DNA of 64,000 bases from Centroscyllium fabricii (Eukaryota): NCBI GenBank assembly GCA_051313645.2, contig JBNRSN020000028.1:15066001-15130000 (forward strand), given 5' to 3'. A model generated the notes under the pieces. The model was not told the DNA's origin. It ran no database searches and saw only the letters and a program-made list of their open reading frames with translations. Every line of letters starts with the position of its first letter. Positions within the stretch are counted from its first letter, which is position 1. A program made the translations under genes and the position numbers. Shown piece after piece: positions 1-12,500 of this stretch.

Positions 1-587
1 CTCTCCCGAAATGGAGGCCAATCTGGAAGGCAATGATGGGAAGGCCTCAATGTTGTTGTTTTTGCCGGATGCTTGGCCTCCCTTTCCTCTCCTCCGTCCT
101 CTCTCCCGAGGCACCTCTGCTTTACAAAGTATTCGAAGGGATGAATCCCAGCACTGAGTTCAGCAGTAAATTTAACTCTTCTGTAACTGAGCTTCAGGTG
201 GCAGAACGCAATGTCCAGAATGTAGGCAACCGTAGTTCTCCGAAGTCCGCTCCACAGCTAAGACTCACTCTACCCGAGTTTCCAGAAGAGAATACATCAT
301 CTACAAGGCAGGGGAACGCCCAAACCCATTGCCTCTCCAGGAGCTCAGACAGCAACCACTCCTTCGTAGTAATGAGTAGTAAGTAGAATGATCCGGCCAC
401 TGCCTGGTCTCAGCACCCAGCTTATAAGCCGACTAGATAGATTAGTGCTAACCAATAAGAATGCAGGTATAGAGAACGAGGAACCCACAGGTATGTGCAC
501 AGGTAATTGAGGTATAATGAACCAAAACAGAGAACAAAACATAGAATTCCAAAATGGATTCCTTAAAGGGGAATGCCATCTGTGACA
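1..587. mobile_element. Possible LTR (retroelement terminus) abutting the satellite
   Basis: Unique sequence ending ...TGTGACA (TGTCACA on the minus strand, an LTR-like TG...CA end) directly against the first satellite unit; contains TATAA (~423) and CCAAT (~452) motifs; no coding homology recognised. Confidence 0.3.
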
Positions 588-3500
588 GGAGTCCGTGGTG
601 AGATGGGGATTGAGTGTGTTGTCACTGTGACTTGTATTAGCAGGAGTCCGTGTTGAGGAGGGGATTGAGTGTGTTGCCAGTGGGTCTTGTATTAGCATGG
701 ACCGTGGTGAGGCGGGGATTGAGTGTGTTGTCAGTGTGTCTTGTATCAGCAGGTGTCCGTGGTGAGGAAGGGATTGAGTGTGTTGTCAGTGTGTCTTGTA
801 GTAGCAGGAGTCCGTGTTGAGGAGGGGATTGAGCGCGTTGTCAGTGTGTCTTGTATTAGCAGGAGTCCGTGTTGAGGAGGTGATTGAGTGTGTTGCCAGT
901 GTGTCTTTTATCAGCAGGAGTCCGTGGTGAGGTGGGGATTGAGTGTGTTGTCAGTGTGTCTTGAATTAGCAGGAGTCCGTGGTGAGATTGAGATTGAGTG
1001 TGTTGCCAATGGGTCTTGTATTAGCAGGAGTCCGTGTTGAGGAGGGGATTCAGTGTGTTGCCAGTGGGTCTTGTATTAGCAGGGTCCGTGGTGAGGAGGG
1101 GATTCAGTGTGTTGTCAGTGTGTCTTGTATCAGCAGGAGTCCGTGGTGAGGAGGGGATTGAGCGTGTTGTCAGTGTGTCTTGTATTAGCAGGAGTCCGTG
1201 GTGAGGAGGGGATTGAGTGTGTTGTCAGTGTGTCTTGTATTAGCAGGAGTCCGTGGTAAGGAGGGGATTGAGTGTGCTGTCAGTGTGTCTTGTATTAGCA
1301 GGGGTCCGTGGTGAGGAGGGGATTGAGGGTGTTGTCAGTGTGTCTTGTATTAGCAGGAGTCCGTGGTGAGATGGGGATTGAGTGTTTTGTCAGTGTGTCT
1401 TGTATTAGCAGGGTCCGTGTTGAGGAGGGGATTGAGTGTGTTGTCAGTGTGTCTTGTATTAGCAGGAGTCCGTGTGGAGTAGGGGATTGTGGGTGTTGTC
1501 AGTGTGTTTTGTATAGCAGGGGTCCCTGGTGAGGAGGGGATTGAGTGTGTTGTCAGTGTGTCTTGTATTAGCAGGGTCCGTGTTGAGGAGGGGATTGAGT
1601 GTGTTGTCAGTGTGTCTTGTATTAGCAGGGGTCCGTGGTGAGGAGGAGATTCAGTGTGTTGTCAGTGTGTCTTGAATTAGCGGGGTCCATGGTGAGGAGC
1701 GGATTGAGTGTGTTGTCAGTGTGTCATGTATTTGCAGGGTCCGTGGTGAGGAGGGGATTGAGTGTGTTGTCAGTGTGTCTTTTACTAGGAGGGTCCGTGG
1801 TGAGGATGGGATTGAGTGTGTTGTCAGTGTGTCTTGAATTAGCAGGAGTCCGTGGTGAGGAGGGGATTGAGTGTGTTGTCAGTGTGTCTTGTATTAGCAG
1901 GAGTCCCTGGTGAGGAGGGGATTGAATGTGTTGTCAGTGTGTCTTGTATTAGCAGGAGTCCGTGGTGAGGAGGGGATTGAGTGTGTTGTCAGTGTGTCTT
2001 GCATTAGCAGGGGTCCGTGGTGAGGAGGGGATTGAGCGTGTTGTCAGTGTGTCTTGTATTGGCAGGAGTCCGTGGTGAGGAGGGGATTGAGTGTGTTGTC
2101 AGTGTGTCTTGTATTAGCAGTGCTCCGTGGTGAGGAGAGGATTGAGTGTGTTGTCAGTGTGTCTTGTATTAGCAGGAGTCCGTGGTGAGCAGGGGTTTGA
2201 GTGTGTTGTCAGTGTGTCTTGTATCAGCAGGGTCCGTGGTGAGGATGGGACTGAGTGTGTTGTCAGTGTGTCTTGTATTAGCAGGGTCCGTGGTGAGGAG
2301 GCGATTGAGTGTGTTGTCAGTGTGTCTTGTATTAGCAGGGGTCCGTGGTGAGGAGGTGATTGAGTGTGTTGTCAGTGTGTCTTGTATTAGCAGGGTCCGT
2401 GGTGAGATGGGGATTGAGTGTGTTGTCAGTGTGTCTTGTATTAGCAGGCTCCGTGGTGAGATGGGGATTGAGTGTGTTGTCAGTGTGTCTTCTATTAGCA
2501 GGAGTCCATGGTGAGGAGGGGATTGAGTGTGTTGCCTGTGGGTCTTGTATTAGCAGGGTCCGTGGTGAGGAGATGATTGAGTGTGCTGCCAGTGGGTCTT
2601 GTATTAGCAGGGGTCCGTGGTGAGGAGCGGATTGAGTGTGTTGTAAGTGTGCCTTGTATTAGCAGGAGTCCGTGGTGAGGAGGAGATTGAGTGTGTTGTC
2701 AGTATGTCTTGTATTAGCAGGAGTCCGTGGTTAGGAGGGGATTGAGTGTGTTGTCAGTGTGTCTTTTATTAGCAGGGGTCCGTGGTGAGGAGGGGATTGA
2801 GTGTGTTGTCTGTGTGTCTTCTATCAGCAGGGTCCGTGGTGAGGAGGAGATTGAGTGTGTTGTCAGTGTGTCTTGTATTAGCAGGAGTCCGTGGTGAGGA
2901 GGAGATTGAGTGTGTTGTCAGTGTGTCTTGTATTAGCAGGGGTCCGTGTTGAGGAGGGGATTGAGTTTCTTGTCAGTGTGTCTTGTATTAGCAGGAGTCC
3001 GTGTTGAGGAGGGGATTGAGTGTGTTGTCAGTGTTTCTTGTATTAGAGGAGTCCGAGGTGAGATGGGGATTCAGTGTGTTGTCAGTGTGTCTTGTATTAG
3101 CAGGAGTCCGTGTTAAGGAGGGGATTGAGTGTGTTGCCACTGGGTCTTGTATTAGCAGGGTCCGTGGTGAGGAGGGGATTGAGTGTGTTGTCAGTGTGTC
3201 TTGTATCAGCAGGTGTCCGTGGTGAGGAAGGGATTGAGTGTGTTGTCAGTGTGTCTTGTAGTAGCAGGAGTCCGTGTTGAGGAGGGGATTGAGTGTGTTG
3301 CCAGTGTGTCTTGTATCAGCAGGAGTCCGTGGTGAGATGAGGATTGAGTGTGTTGTTGTGGGTCTTGTATTAGCAGGGTCCGTGGTGAGGAGGGGATTGA
3401 GTGTGTTGTCAGTGTGTCTTGTATCAGCAGGAGTCCGTGGTGAGGAGGGAATTGAGCGTGTTGTCAGTGTGTCTTGTATTAGCAGGAGTCCGTGGTGAGA

Positions 3501-6500
3501 TGAGGATTGAGTGTGTTGTTGTGGGTCTTGTATTTGCAGGGTCCGTGGTGAGGAGGGGATTGAGAGTGTTGTCAGTGTGTCTTCTATCAGCAGGAGTCCG
3601 TGGTGAGGAGGGAATTGAGCGTGTTGTCAGTGTGTCTTGTATTAGCAGGAGTCCGTGTTAAGGAGGGGATTGAGTGTGTTGCCAGTGGGTCTTGTATTAG
3701 CAGCGTCCGTGGTGAGGAGGGGATTGAGTGTGTTGTCCGTGGTTCTTATATTAGCAGGGATCCGTGGTGAGGAGGTGATTGAGTGTGTTGTCAGTGTGTC
3801 TTGTATTAGCAGGGATCCGTGGTGAGGAGGTGATTGAGTGTGTTGTCAGTGTGTCTTGTATTAGCAGGATCCGTGGTGAGGAGGGGATTGAGTGTTTTGT
3901 CAGTGTGTCTTGTATTAGCAGGGTCCGTGGTGAGGAGGGTATTGAGTGTGTTGTCAGTGTGTCTTGTATTAGCAGGGCCCGTGGTGAGTTGGGGATTGAG
4001 TGTGTTGTCAATGTGTCTTCTATTAGCAGGAGTCCATGGTGAGGAGGCGATTGAGTGTGTTGTCATTAGGTCTTGTATCAGCAGGGTCCGTGGTGAGGAG
4101 CGAATTGAGTGTGTTGTAAATGTGTCTTGTATTAGCAGGAGTCCGTGGTGAGGAGGAGATTGAGTGTTTTGTCAGTGTGCCTTGTATTAGCAGGAGTCCG
4201 TGGCGAGGAGGGGATTAAGTGTGTTGTCAGTGTGTCTTGTATTAGCAGGAGTCCGTTGTTAGGAGGGGATTGAGTGTGTTGTCAGTGTGCCTTGTATTAG
4301 CAGGGGTCCGTGGTGAGGAGGGGATTGAGTGTGTTGTCAGTATGTCTTGAATTAGCGGGGTCCGTGGTGAGGAGGGGATTGAGTGTGTTGTCAGTGTGTC
4401 GTGTATTTGCAGGGTCCGTGGTGAGGAAGCGATTGAGTGTGTTGTCAGTGTGTCTTGAATTAGCAGGAGTCCGTGGTGAGGAGGGGATTGAGTGTGTTGT
4501 CAGTGTGTCTTGCATTAGCAGGGGTCCGTGGTGAGGAGGGGATTGAGCGTGTTGTCAGTGTGTCTTATATTGGCAGGAGTCCGTGGTGAGGAGGGGATTG
4601 AGTGTGTTGTCAGTGTGTCTTGTATTAGCAGTGGTCCGTGGTGAGGAGAGGATTGAGTGTGTTGTCAGTGTGTCTTGTATTAGCAGGAGTCCGTGGTGAG
4701 CAGGGGTTTGAGTGTGTTGTCAGTGTGTCTTGTATCAGCAGGGTCCGTGGTGAGTAGGGTATTGAGTGTGTTGTCAGTGTGTCTTGTATTAGCAGGGTCC
4801 GTGGTGAGGAGGCGATTGAGTGTGTTGTCAGTGTGTCTTGTATTAGCAGGGGTCCGTGGTGAGGAGGCGATTGAGTGTGTTGTCAGTGTGTCTTGTATTA
4901 GCAGGGGTCCGTGGTGAGGAGGTGATTGAGTGTGTTGTCAGTGTGTCTTGTATTAGCAGGGTCCGTGGTTAGATGGGGATTGAGTGCGTTGTCAGTGTGT
5001 CTTGTATTAGCAGGGTCCGTGGTGAGGACGGGTTTGATTGTGTTGTCAGTGTGTCTTGTATTAGCAGGGTCCGTGGTGAGGAGGGTATTGAGTGTGCTGT
5101 CAGTGTGTCTTGTATTAGCAGTGTCCGTGGTGAGATGGGGATTGAGTGTGTTGTCAGTGTGTCTTCTATTAGCAGGAGTCCATGGTGAGGAGGAGATTGA
5201 GTGTGTTGCCAGTGGGTCTTTTATTAGCAGGGTCCGTGGTGAGGAGATGATTGAGTGTGTTGCCAGTGGGTCTTGTATTAGCAGGGGTCCGTGGTGAGGA
5301 GCGGATTGAGTGTGTTGTAAGTGTGTCTTGTATTAGCAGGAGTCCGTGGTGAGGAGGAGATTGAGTGTGTTGTCAGTGTGTCTTGTATTAGCAGGAGTCC
5401 CTGGTGAGGAGGGGATTGAATGTGTTGTCAGTGTGTCTTGTATTAGCAGGAGTCCTTGGTGAGGAGGGGATTGAGTGTGTTGTCAGTGTGTCTTGCATTA
5501 GCAGGGGTCCGTGGTTAGGAGGGGATTGAGCGTGTTGTCAGAGTCTCTCATATTGGCAGGAGTCCGTGGTGAGGAGGGGATTGAGTGTGTTGTCAGTGTG
5601 TCTTGTACTAGCAGTGGTCCGTGGTGAGGAGAGGATTGAGTGTGTTGTCAGTGTGTCTTGTATTAGCAGGAGTCCGTGGTGAGCAGGGGTTTGAGTGTGT
5701 TGTCAGTGTGTCTTGTATCAGCAGGGTCCGTGGTGAGCAGGGGATTGAGTGTGTTGTCAGTGTGTCTTGTATTAGCAGGGTCCGTGTTGAGGAGGCGATT
5801 GAGTGTGTTGTCAGTGTGTCTTGTATTAGCAGGGGTCCGTGGTGAGGAGGTGTTTGAGTGTGTTGTCAGTGTGTCTTGTATTAGCAGGGTCCGTGGTTAA
5901 ATGGGGATTGAGTGCGTTGTCAGTGTGTCTTGTATTAGCAGGGTCCGTGGTGAGGACGGGTTTGATTGTGTTGTCAGTGTGTCTTGTATTAGCAGGGTCC
6001 GTGGTGAGGAGGGTATTGAGTGTGCTGTCAGTGTGTCTTGTATTAGCAGTGTCCGTGGTGAGTTGGGGATTGAGTGTGTTGTCAGTGTGTCTTCTATTAG
6101 CAGGAGTCCATGGTGAGGAGGAGATTGAGTGTGTTGCCAGTGGGTCTTGTATTAGCAGGGTCCGTGGTGAGGAGATGATTGAGTGTGTTGCCAGTGGGTC
6201 TTGTATTAGCAGGGGTCCGTGGTGAGGAGCGGATTGAGTGTGTTGTAAGTGTGTCTTGTATTAGCAGGAGTCCGTGGTGAGGAGGAGATTGAATGTGTTG
6301 TCAGTATGTCTTGTATTAGCAGGAGTTCGTGGTTAGGAGGGGATTGATTGTGTTGTCAGGGTGTCTTGTATTAGCAGGGGTCCGTGGTGAGGAGGGGATT
6401 GAGTGTGTTGTCAGTGTGTCTTGTGTCAGCAGGGTCCGTGGTGAGGAGGAGATTGAGTGTGTTGGCAGTGTGTCTTGTATTAGCAGGAGTCCGTGGTGAG

Positions 6501-9500
6501 GAGGAGATTGAGTGTGTTGTCAGTGTGTCTTGTAATAGCAGGGGTCCGTGTTGAGGAGGGGATTGAGTTTGTTGTCAGTGTGTCTTGTATTAGAGGAGTC
6601 CGAGGTGAGATGGGGATTCAGTGTGTTGTCAGTGTGTCTTGTATTAGCAGGAGTGCGTGTTAAGGAGGGGATTGAGTGTGTTGCCAGTGGGTCTTGTATT
6701 AGCAGGGTCCGTGGTGAGGAGGGGATTGAGTGTGTTGTCAGTGTGTCTTGTATCAGCAGGTGTCCGTGGTGAGGAAGGGATTGAGCGTGTTGTCAGTGTG
6801 TCTTGTAGTAGCAGGAGTCCGTGTTGAGGAGGGGATTGAGTGTGTTGCCAGTGTGTCTTGTATCAGCAGGAGTCCGTGGTGAGGAGGGGATTGAGTGTGT
6901 TGTCAGTGTGTCTTGTATTAGCAGGAGTCCGTGGTGTGATGAGAATTGAGTGTGTTGTTGTGGGTCTTGTATTAGCAGGGTCCGTGGTGAGGAGGGGATT
7001 GAGTGTGTTGTCAGTGTGTCTTGTATCAGCAGGAGTCCGTGGTGAGGAGGGAATTGAGCGTGTTGTCAGTGTGTCTTGTATTAGCAGGAGTCCGTGTTAA
7101 GGAGGGGATTGAGTGTGTTGCCAGTGGGTCTTCTATTAGCAGGGTCCGTGGTGAGGAGGGGACTGAGTGTGTTGTCAGTGTGTCTTGTATTAGCAGGAAT
7201 CCGTGGTGAGGAGGTGATTGAGTGTGTTGTCAGTGTGTCTTGTATTAGGAGGGTCCGTGGTGAGGAGGGGATTGAGTGTGTTGTCAGTGTGTCTTGTATT
7301 AGCAGAGTCCGTGGTGAGTTGGGGATTGAGTGTGTTGTCAGTGTGTCTTCTATTAGCAGGAGGCCATGGTGAGGAGGGGATTGAGTGTGTTGTCATTGGG
7401 TCTTGTATTAGCAGGGTCCGTGGTGAGGAGCGAATTGAGTGTGTTGTAAGTGTGTCTTGTATTAGCAGGAGTCCGTGGTGAGGAGGAGATTGAGTGTGTT
7501 GTCAGTGTGTCTTGTATTAGCAGGAGTCCGTGGCGAGGAGGGGATTAAGTGTGTTGTCAGTGTGTCTTGTATTAGCAGGAGTCCGTGGTTAGGAGGGGAT
7601 TGAGTGTGTTGTCAGTGTGTCTTGTATTAGCAGGGGTCCGTGGTGAGGAGGGGATTGAGTGTGTTGTCAGTGTGTCTTGTATCAGCAGGGTCCGTGGTGA
7701 GGAGGGGATTGAGTGTGTTGTCAGTGTGTCTTCTATTAGCAGGAGTCCGTGGTGAGGAGGAGATTGAGTGTGTTCTCAGTGTGTCTTGTATTAGCAGGGG
7801 TCCGTGTTGAGGAGGGAATTGAGTTTGTTGTCAGTGTGTCTTGTATTAGCAGGAGTCCGTGTTGAGGAGGGGATTGAGTGTGTTGTCAGTGTGTCTTGTA
7901 TTAGAGGAGTCCGTGGTGAGATGGGGATTGAGTGTGTTGTCAGTGTGTCTTGTATTAGCAGGAGTCCGTGTTAAGGAGGGGATTGAGTGTGTTGCCAGTG
8001 GGTCTTGTATTAGCAGGGTCCGTGGTGAGGAGGGGATTGAGTGTGTTGTCAGTGTGTCTTGTATCAGCAGGTGTCCGTGGTGAGGAGGGGATTGAGCGTG
8101 TTGTCAGTGTGTCTTGTATTAGCAGGAGTCCGTGTTGAGGAGGGGATTGAGTGTGTTGCCAGTGTGTCTTGTATCAGCAGGAGTCCGTGGTGAGGAGGGG
8201 ATTGAGTGTGTTGTCAGTGTGTCTTGTATTAGCAGGAGTCCGTGGTGAGATGAGGATTGAGTGTGTTGCCAGTGGGTCTTGTATTTGCAGGGCCCGTGGT
8301 GAGGAGGGGATTGAGTGTGTTGTCAGTGTGTCTTGTATCAGCAGGAGTCCGTGGTGAGGAGGGGATTGAGCGTGTTGTCAGTGTGTCTTGTATTAGCAGG
8401 AGTCCGTGGTGAGGAGGAGATTGAGTGTGTTGTCAGTATGTCTTGTATTAGCAGGAGTCCGTGGTTAGGAGGGGATTGAGTGTGTTGTCAGTGTGTCTTT
8501 TATTAGCAGGGGTCCGTGGTGAGGAGGGGATTGAGTGTGTTGTCTGTGTGTCTTCTATCAGCAGGGCCCGTGGTGAGGAGGAGATTGAGTGTGTTGTCAG
8601 TGTGTCTTGTATTAGCAGGAGTCCGTGGTGAGGAGGAGATTGAGTGTGTTGTCAGTGTGTCTTGTATTAGCAGGGGTCCGTGTTGAGGAGGGGATTGAGT
8701 TTCTTGTCAGTGTGTCTTGTATTAGCAGGAGTCCGTGTTGAGGAGGGGATTGAGTGTGTTGTCAGTGTGTCTTGTATTAGAGGAGTCCGAGGTGAGATGG
8801 GGATTCAGTGTGTTGTCAGTGTGTCTTGTATTAGCAGGAGTCCGTGTTAAGGAGGGGATTGAGTGTGTTGCCACTGGGTCTTGTATTAGCAGGGTCCGTG
8901 GTGAGGAGGGGATTGAGTGTGTTGTCAGTATGTCTTGTATCAGCAGGTGTCCGTGGTGAGGAAGGGATTGAGTGTGTTGTCAGTGTGTCTTGTAGTCGCA
9001 GGAGTCCGTGTTGAGGAGGGGATTGAGTGTGTTGCCAGTGTGTCTTGTATCAGCAGGAGTCCGTGGTGAGATGAGGATTGAGTGTGTTGTTGTGGGTCTT
9101 GTATTAGCAGGGTCCGTGGTGAGGAGGGGATTGAGTGTGTTGTCAGTGTGTCTTGTATCAGCAGGAGTCCGTGGTGAGGAGGGAATTGAGCGTGTTGTCA
9201 GTGTGTCTTGTATTAGCAGGAGTCCGTGGTGAGATGAGGATTGAGTGTGTTGTTGTGGGTCTTGTATTTGCAGGGTCCGTGGTGAGGAGGGGATTGAGAG
9301 TGTTGTCAGTGTGTCTTCTATCAGCAGGAGTCCGTGGTGAGGAGGGAATTGAGCGTGTTGTCAGTGTGTCTTGTATTAGCAGGAGTCCGTGTTAAGGAGG
9401 GGATTGAGTGTGTTGCCAGTGGGTCTTGTATTAGCAGCGTCCGTGGTGAGGAGGGGATTGAGTGTGTTGTCCGTGGGTCTTGTATTAGCAGGGATCCGTG

Positions 9501-12500
9501 GTGAGGAGGTGATTGAGTGTGTTGTCAGTGTGTCTTGTATTAGCAGGGATCCGTGGTGAGGAGGTGATTGAGTGTGTTGTCAGTGTGTCTTGTATTAGCA
9601 GGATCCGTGGTGAGGAGGGGATTGAGTGTGTTGTCAATGTGTCTTGTATTAGCAGGGTCCGTGGTGAGGAGGGTATTGAGTGTGTTGTCAGTGTGTCTTG
9701 TATTAGCAGGGCCCGTGGTGAGTTGGGGATTGAGTGTGTTGTCAATGTGTCTTCTATTAGCAGGAGTCCATGGTGAGGAGGGGATTGAGTGTGTTGTCAT
9801 TAGGTCTTGTATCAGCAGGGTCCGTGGTGAGGAGCGAATTGAGTGTGTTGTAAATGTGTCTTGTATTAGCAGGAGTCCGTGGTGAGGAGGAGATTGAGTG
9901 TTTTGTCAGTGTGCCTTGTATTAGCAGGAGTCCGTGGCGAGGAGGGGATTAAGTGTGTTGTCAGTGTGTCTTGTATTAGCAGGAGTCCGTTGTTAGGAGG
10001 GGATTGAGTGTGTTGTCAGTGTGCCTTGTATTAGCAGGGGTCCGTGGTGAGGAGGGGATTGAGTGTGTTGTCAGTATGTCTTGAATTAGCGGGGTCCGTG
10101 GTGAGGAGGGGATTGAGTGTGTTGTCAGTGTGTCTTGTATTTGCAGGGTCCGTGGTGAGGAAGCGATTGAGTGTGTTGTCAGTGTGTCTTGAATTAGCAG
10201 GTGTCCGTGGTGAGGAGGGGATTGAGTGTGTTGTCAGTGTGTCTTGCATTAGCAGGGGTCCGTGGTGAGGAGGGGATTGAGCGTGTTGTCAGTGTGTCTT
10301 ATATTGGCAGGAGTCCGTGGTGAGGAGGGGATTGAGTGTGTTGTCAGTGTGTCTTGTTTTAGCAGTGGTCCGTGGTGAGGAGAGGATTGAGTGTGTTGTC
10401 AGTGTGTCTTGTATTAGCAGGAGTCCGTGGTGAGCAGGGGTTTGAGTGTGTTGTCAGTGTGTCTTGTATCAGCAGGGTCCGTGGTGAGGAGGGTATTGAG
10501 TGTGTTGTCAGTGTGTCTTGTATTAGCAGGGTCCGTGGTGAGGAGGCGATTGAGTGTGTTGTCAGTGTGTCTTGTATTAGCAGGGGTCCGTGGTGAGGAG
10601 GCGATTGAGTGTGTTGTCAGTGTGTCTTGTATTAGCAGGGGTCCGTGGTGAGGAGGTGATTGAGTGTGTTGTCAGTGTGTCTTGTATTAGCAGGGTCCGT
10701 GGTTAGATGGGGATTGAGTGCGTTGTCAGTGTGTCTTGTATTAGCAGGGTCCGTGGTGAGGACGGGTTTGATTGTGTTGTCAGTGTGTCTTGTATTAGCA
10801 GGGTCCGTGGTGAGGAGGGTATTGAGTGTGCTGTCAGTGTGTCTTGTATTAGCAGTGTCCGTGGTGAGATGGGGATTGAGTGTGTTGTCAGTGTGTCTTC
10901 TATTAGCAGGAGTCCATGGTGAGGAGGAGATTGAGTGTGTTGCCAGTGGGTCTTTTATTAGCAGGGTCCGTGGTGAGGAGATGATTGAGTGTGTTGCCAG
11001 TGGGTCTTGTATTAGCAGGGGTCCGTGGTGAGGAGCGGATTGAGTGTGTTGTAAGTGTGTCTTGTATTAGCAGGAGTCCGTGGTGAGGAGGAGATTGAGT
11101 GTGTTGTCAGTGTGTCTTGTATTAGCAGGAGTCCCTGGTGAGGAGGGGATTGAATGTGTTGTCAGTGTGTCTTGTATTAGCAGGAGTCCTTGGTGAGGAG
11201 GGGATTGAGTGTGTTGTCAGTGTGTCTTGCATTAGCAGGGGTCCGTGGTGAGGAGGGGATTGAGCGTGTTGTCAGTGTCTCTCATATTGGCAGGAGTCCG
11301 TGGTGAGGAGGGGATTGAGTGTGTTGTCAGTGTGTCTTGTATTAGCAGTGGTCCGTGGTGAGGAGAGGATTGAGTGTGTTGTCAGTGTGTCTTGTATTAG
11401 CAGGAGTCCGTGGTGAGCAGGGGTTTGAGTGTGTTGTCAGTGTGTCTTGTATCAGCAGGGTCCGTGGTGAGTAGGGGATTGAGTGTGTTGTCAGTGTGTC
11501 TTGTATTAGCAGGGTCCGTGGTGAGGAGGCGATTGAGTGTGTTGTCAGTGTGTCTTGTATTAGCAGGGGTCCGTGGTGAGGAGGTGTTTGAGTGTGTTGT
11601 CAGTGTGTCTTGTATTAGCAGGGTCCGTGGTTAGATGGGGATTGAGTGCGTTGTTAGTTTGTCTTGTATTAGCAGGGTCCGTGGTGAGGACGGGTTTGAT
11701 TGTGTTGTCAGTGTGTCTTGTATTAGCAGTGTCCGTGGTGAGATGGGGATTCAGTGTGTTGTCAGTGTGTCTTCTATTAGCAGGAGTCCATGGTGAGGAG
11801 GAGATTGAGTGTGTTGCCAGTGGGTCTTGTATTAGCAGGGTCCGTGGTGAGGAGATGATTGAGTGTGTTGCCAGTGGGTCTTGTATTAGCAGGGGTCCGT
11901 GGTGAGGAGCGGATTGAGTGTGTTGTAAGTGTGTCTTGTATTAGCAGGAGTCCGTGGTGAGGAGGAGATTGAATGTGTTGTCAGTATGTCTTGTATTAGC
12001 AGGAGTTCGTGGTTAGGAGGGGATTGATTGTGTGGTCAGGGTGTCTTGTATTAGCAGGGGTCCGTGGTGAGGAGGGGATTGAGTGTGTTGTCAGTGTGTC
12101 TTGTGTCAGCAGGGTCCGTGGTGAGGAGGAGATTGAGTGTGTTGTCAGTGTGTCTTTTATTAGCAGGAGTCCGTGGTGAGGAGGAGATTGAGTGTGTTGT
12201 CAGTGTGTCTTGTAATAGCAGGGGTCCGTGTTGAGGAGGGGATTGAGTTTGTTGTCAGTGTGTCTTGTATTAGAGGAGTCCGAGGTGAGATGGGGATTCA
12301 GTGTGTTGTCAGTGTGTCTTGTATTAGCAGGAGTGCGTGTTAAGGAGGGGATTGAGTGTGTTGCCAGTGGGTCTTGTATTAGCAGGGTCCGTGGTGAGGA
12401 GGGGATTGAGTGTGTTGTCAGTGTGTCTTGTATCAGCAGGTGTCCGTGGTGAGGAAGGGATTGAGCGTGTTGTCAGTGTGTCTTGTAGTAGCAGGAGTCC

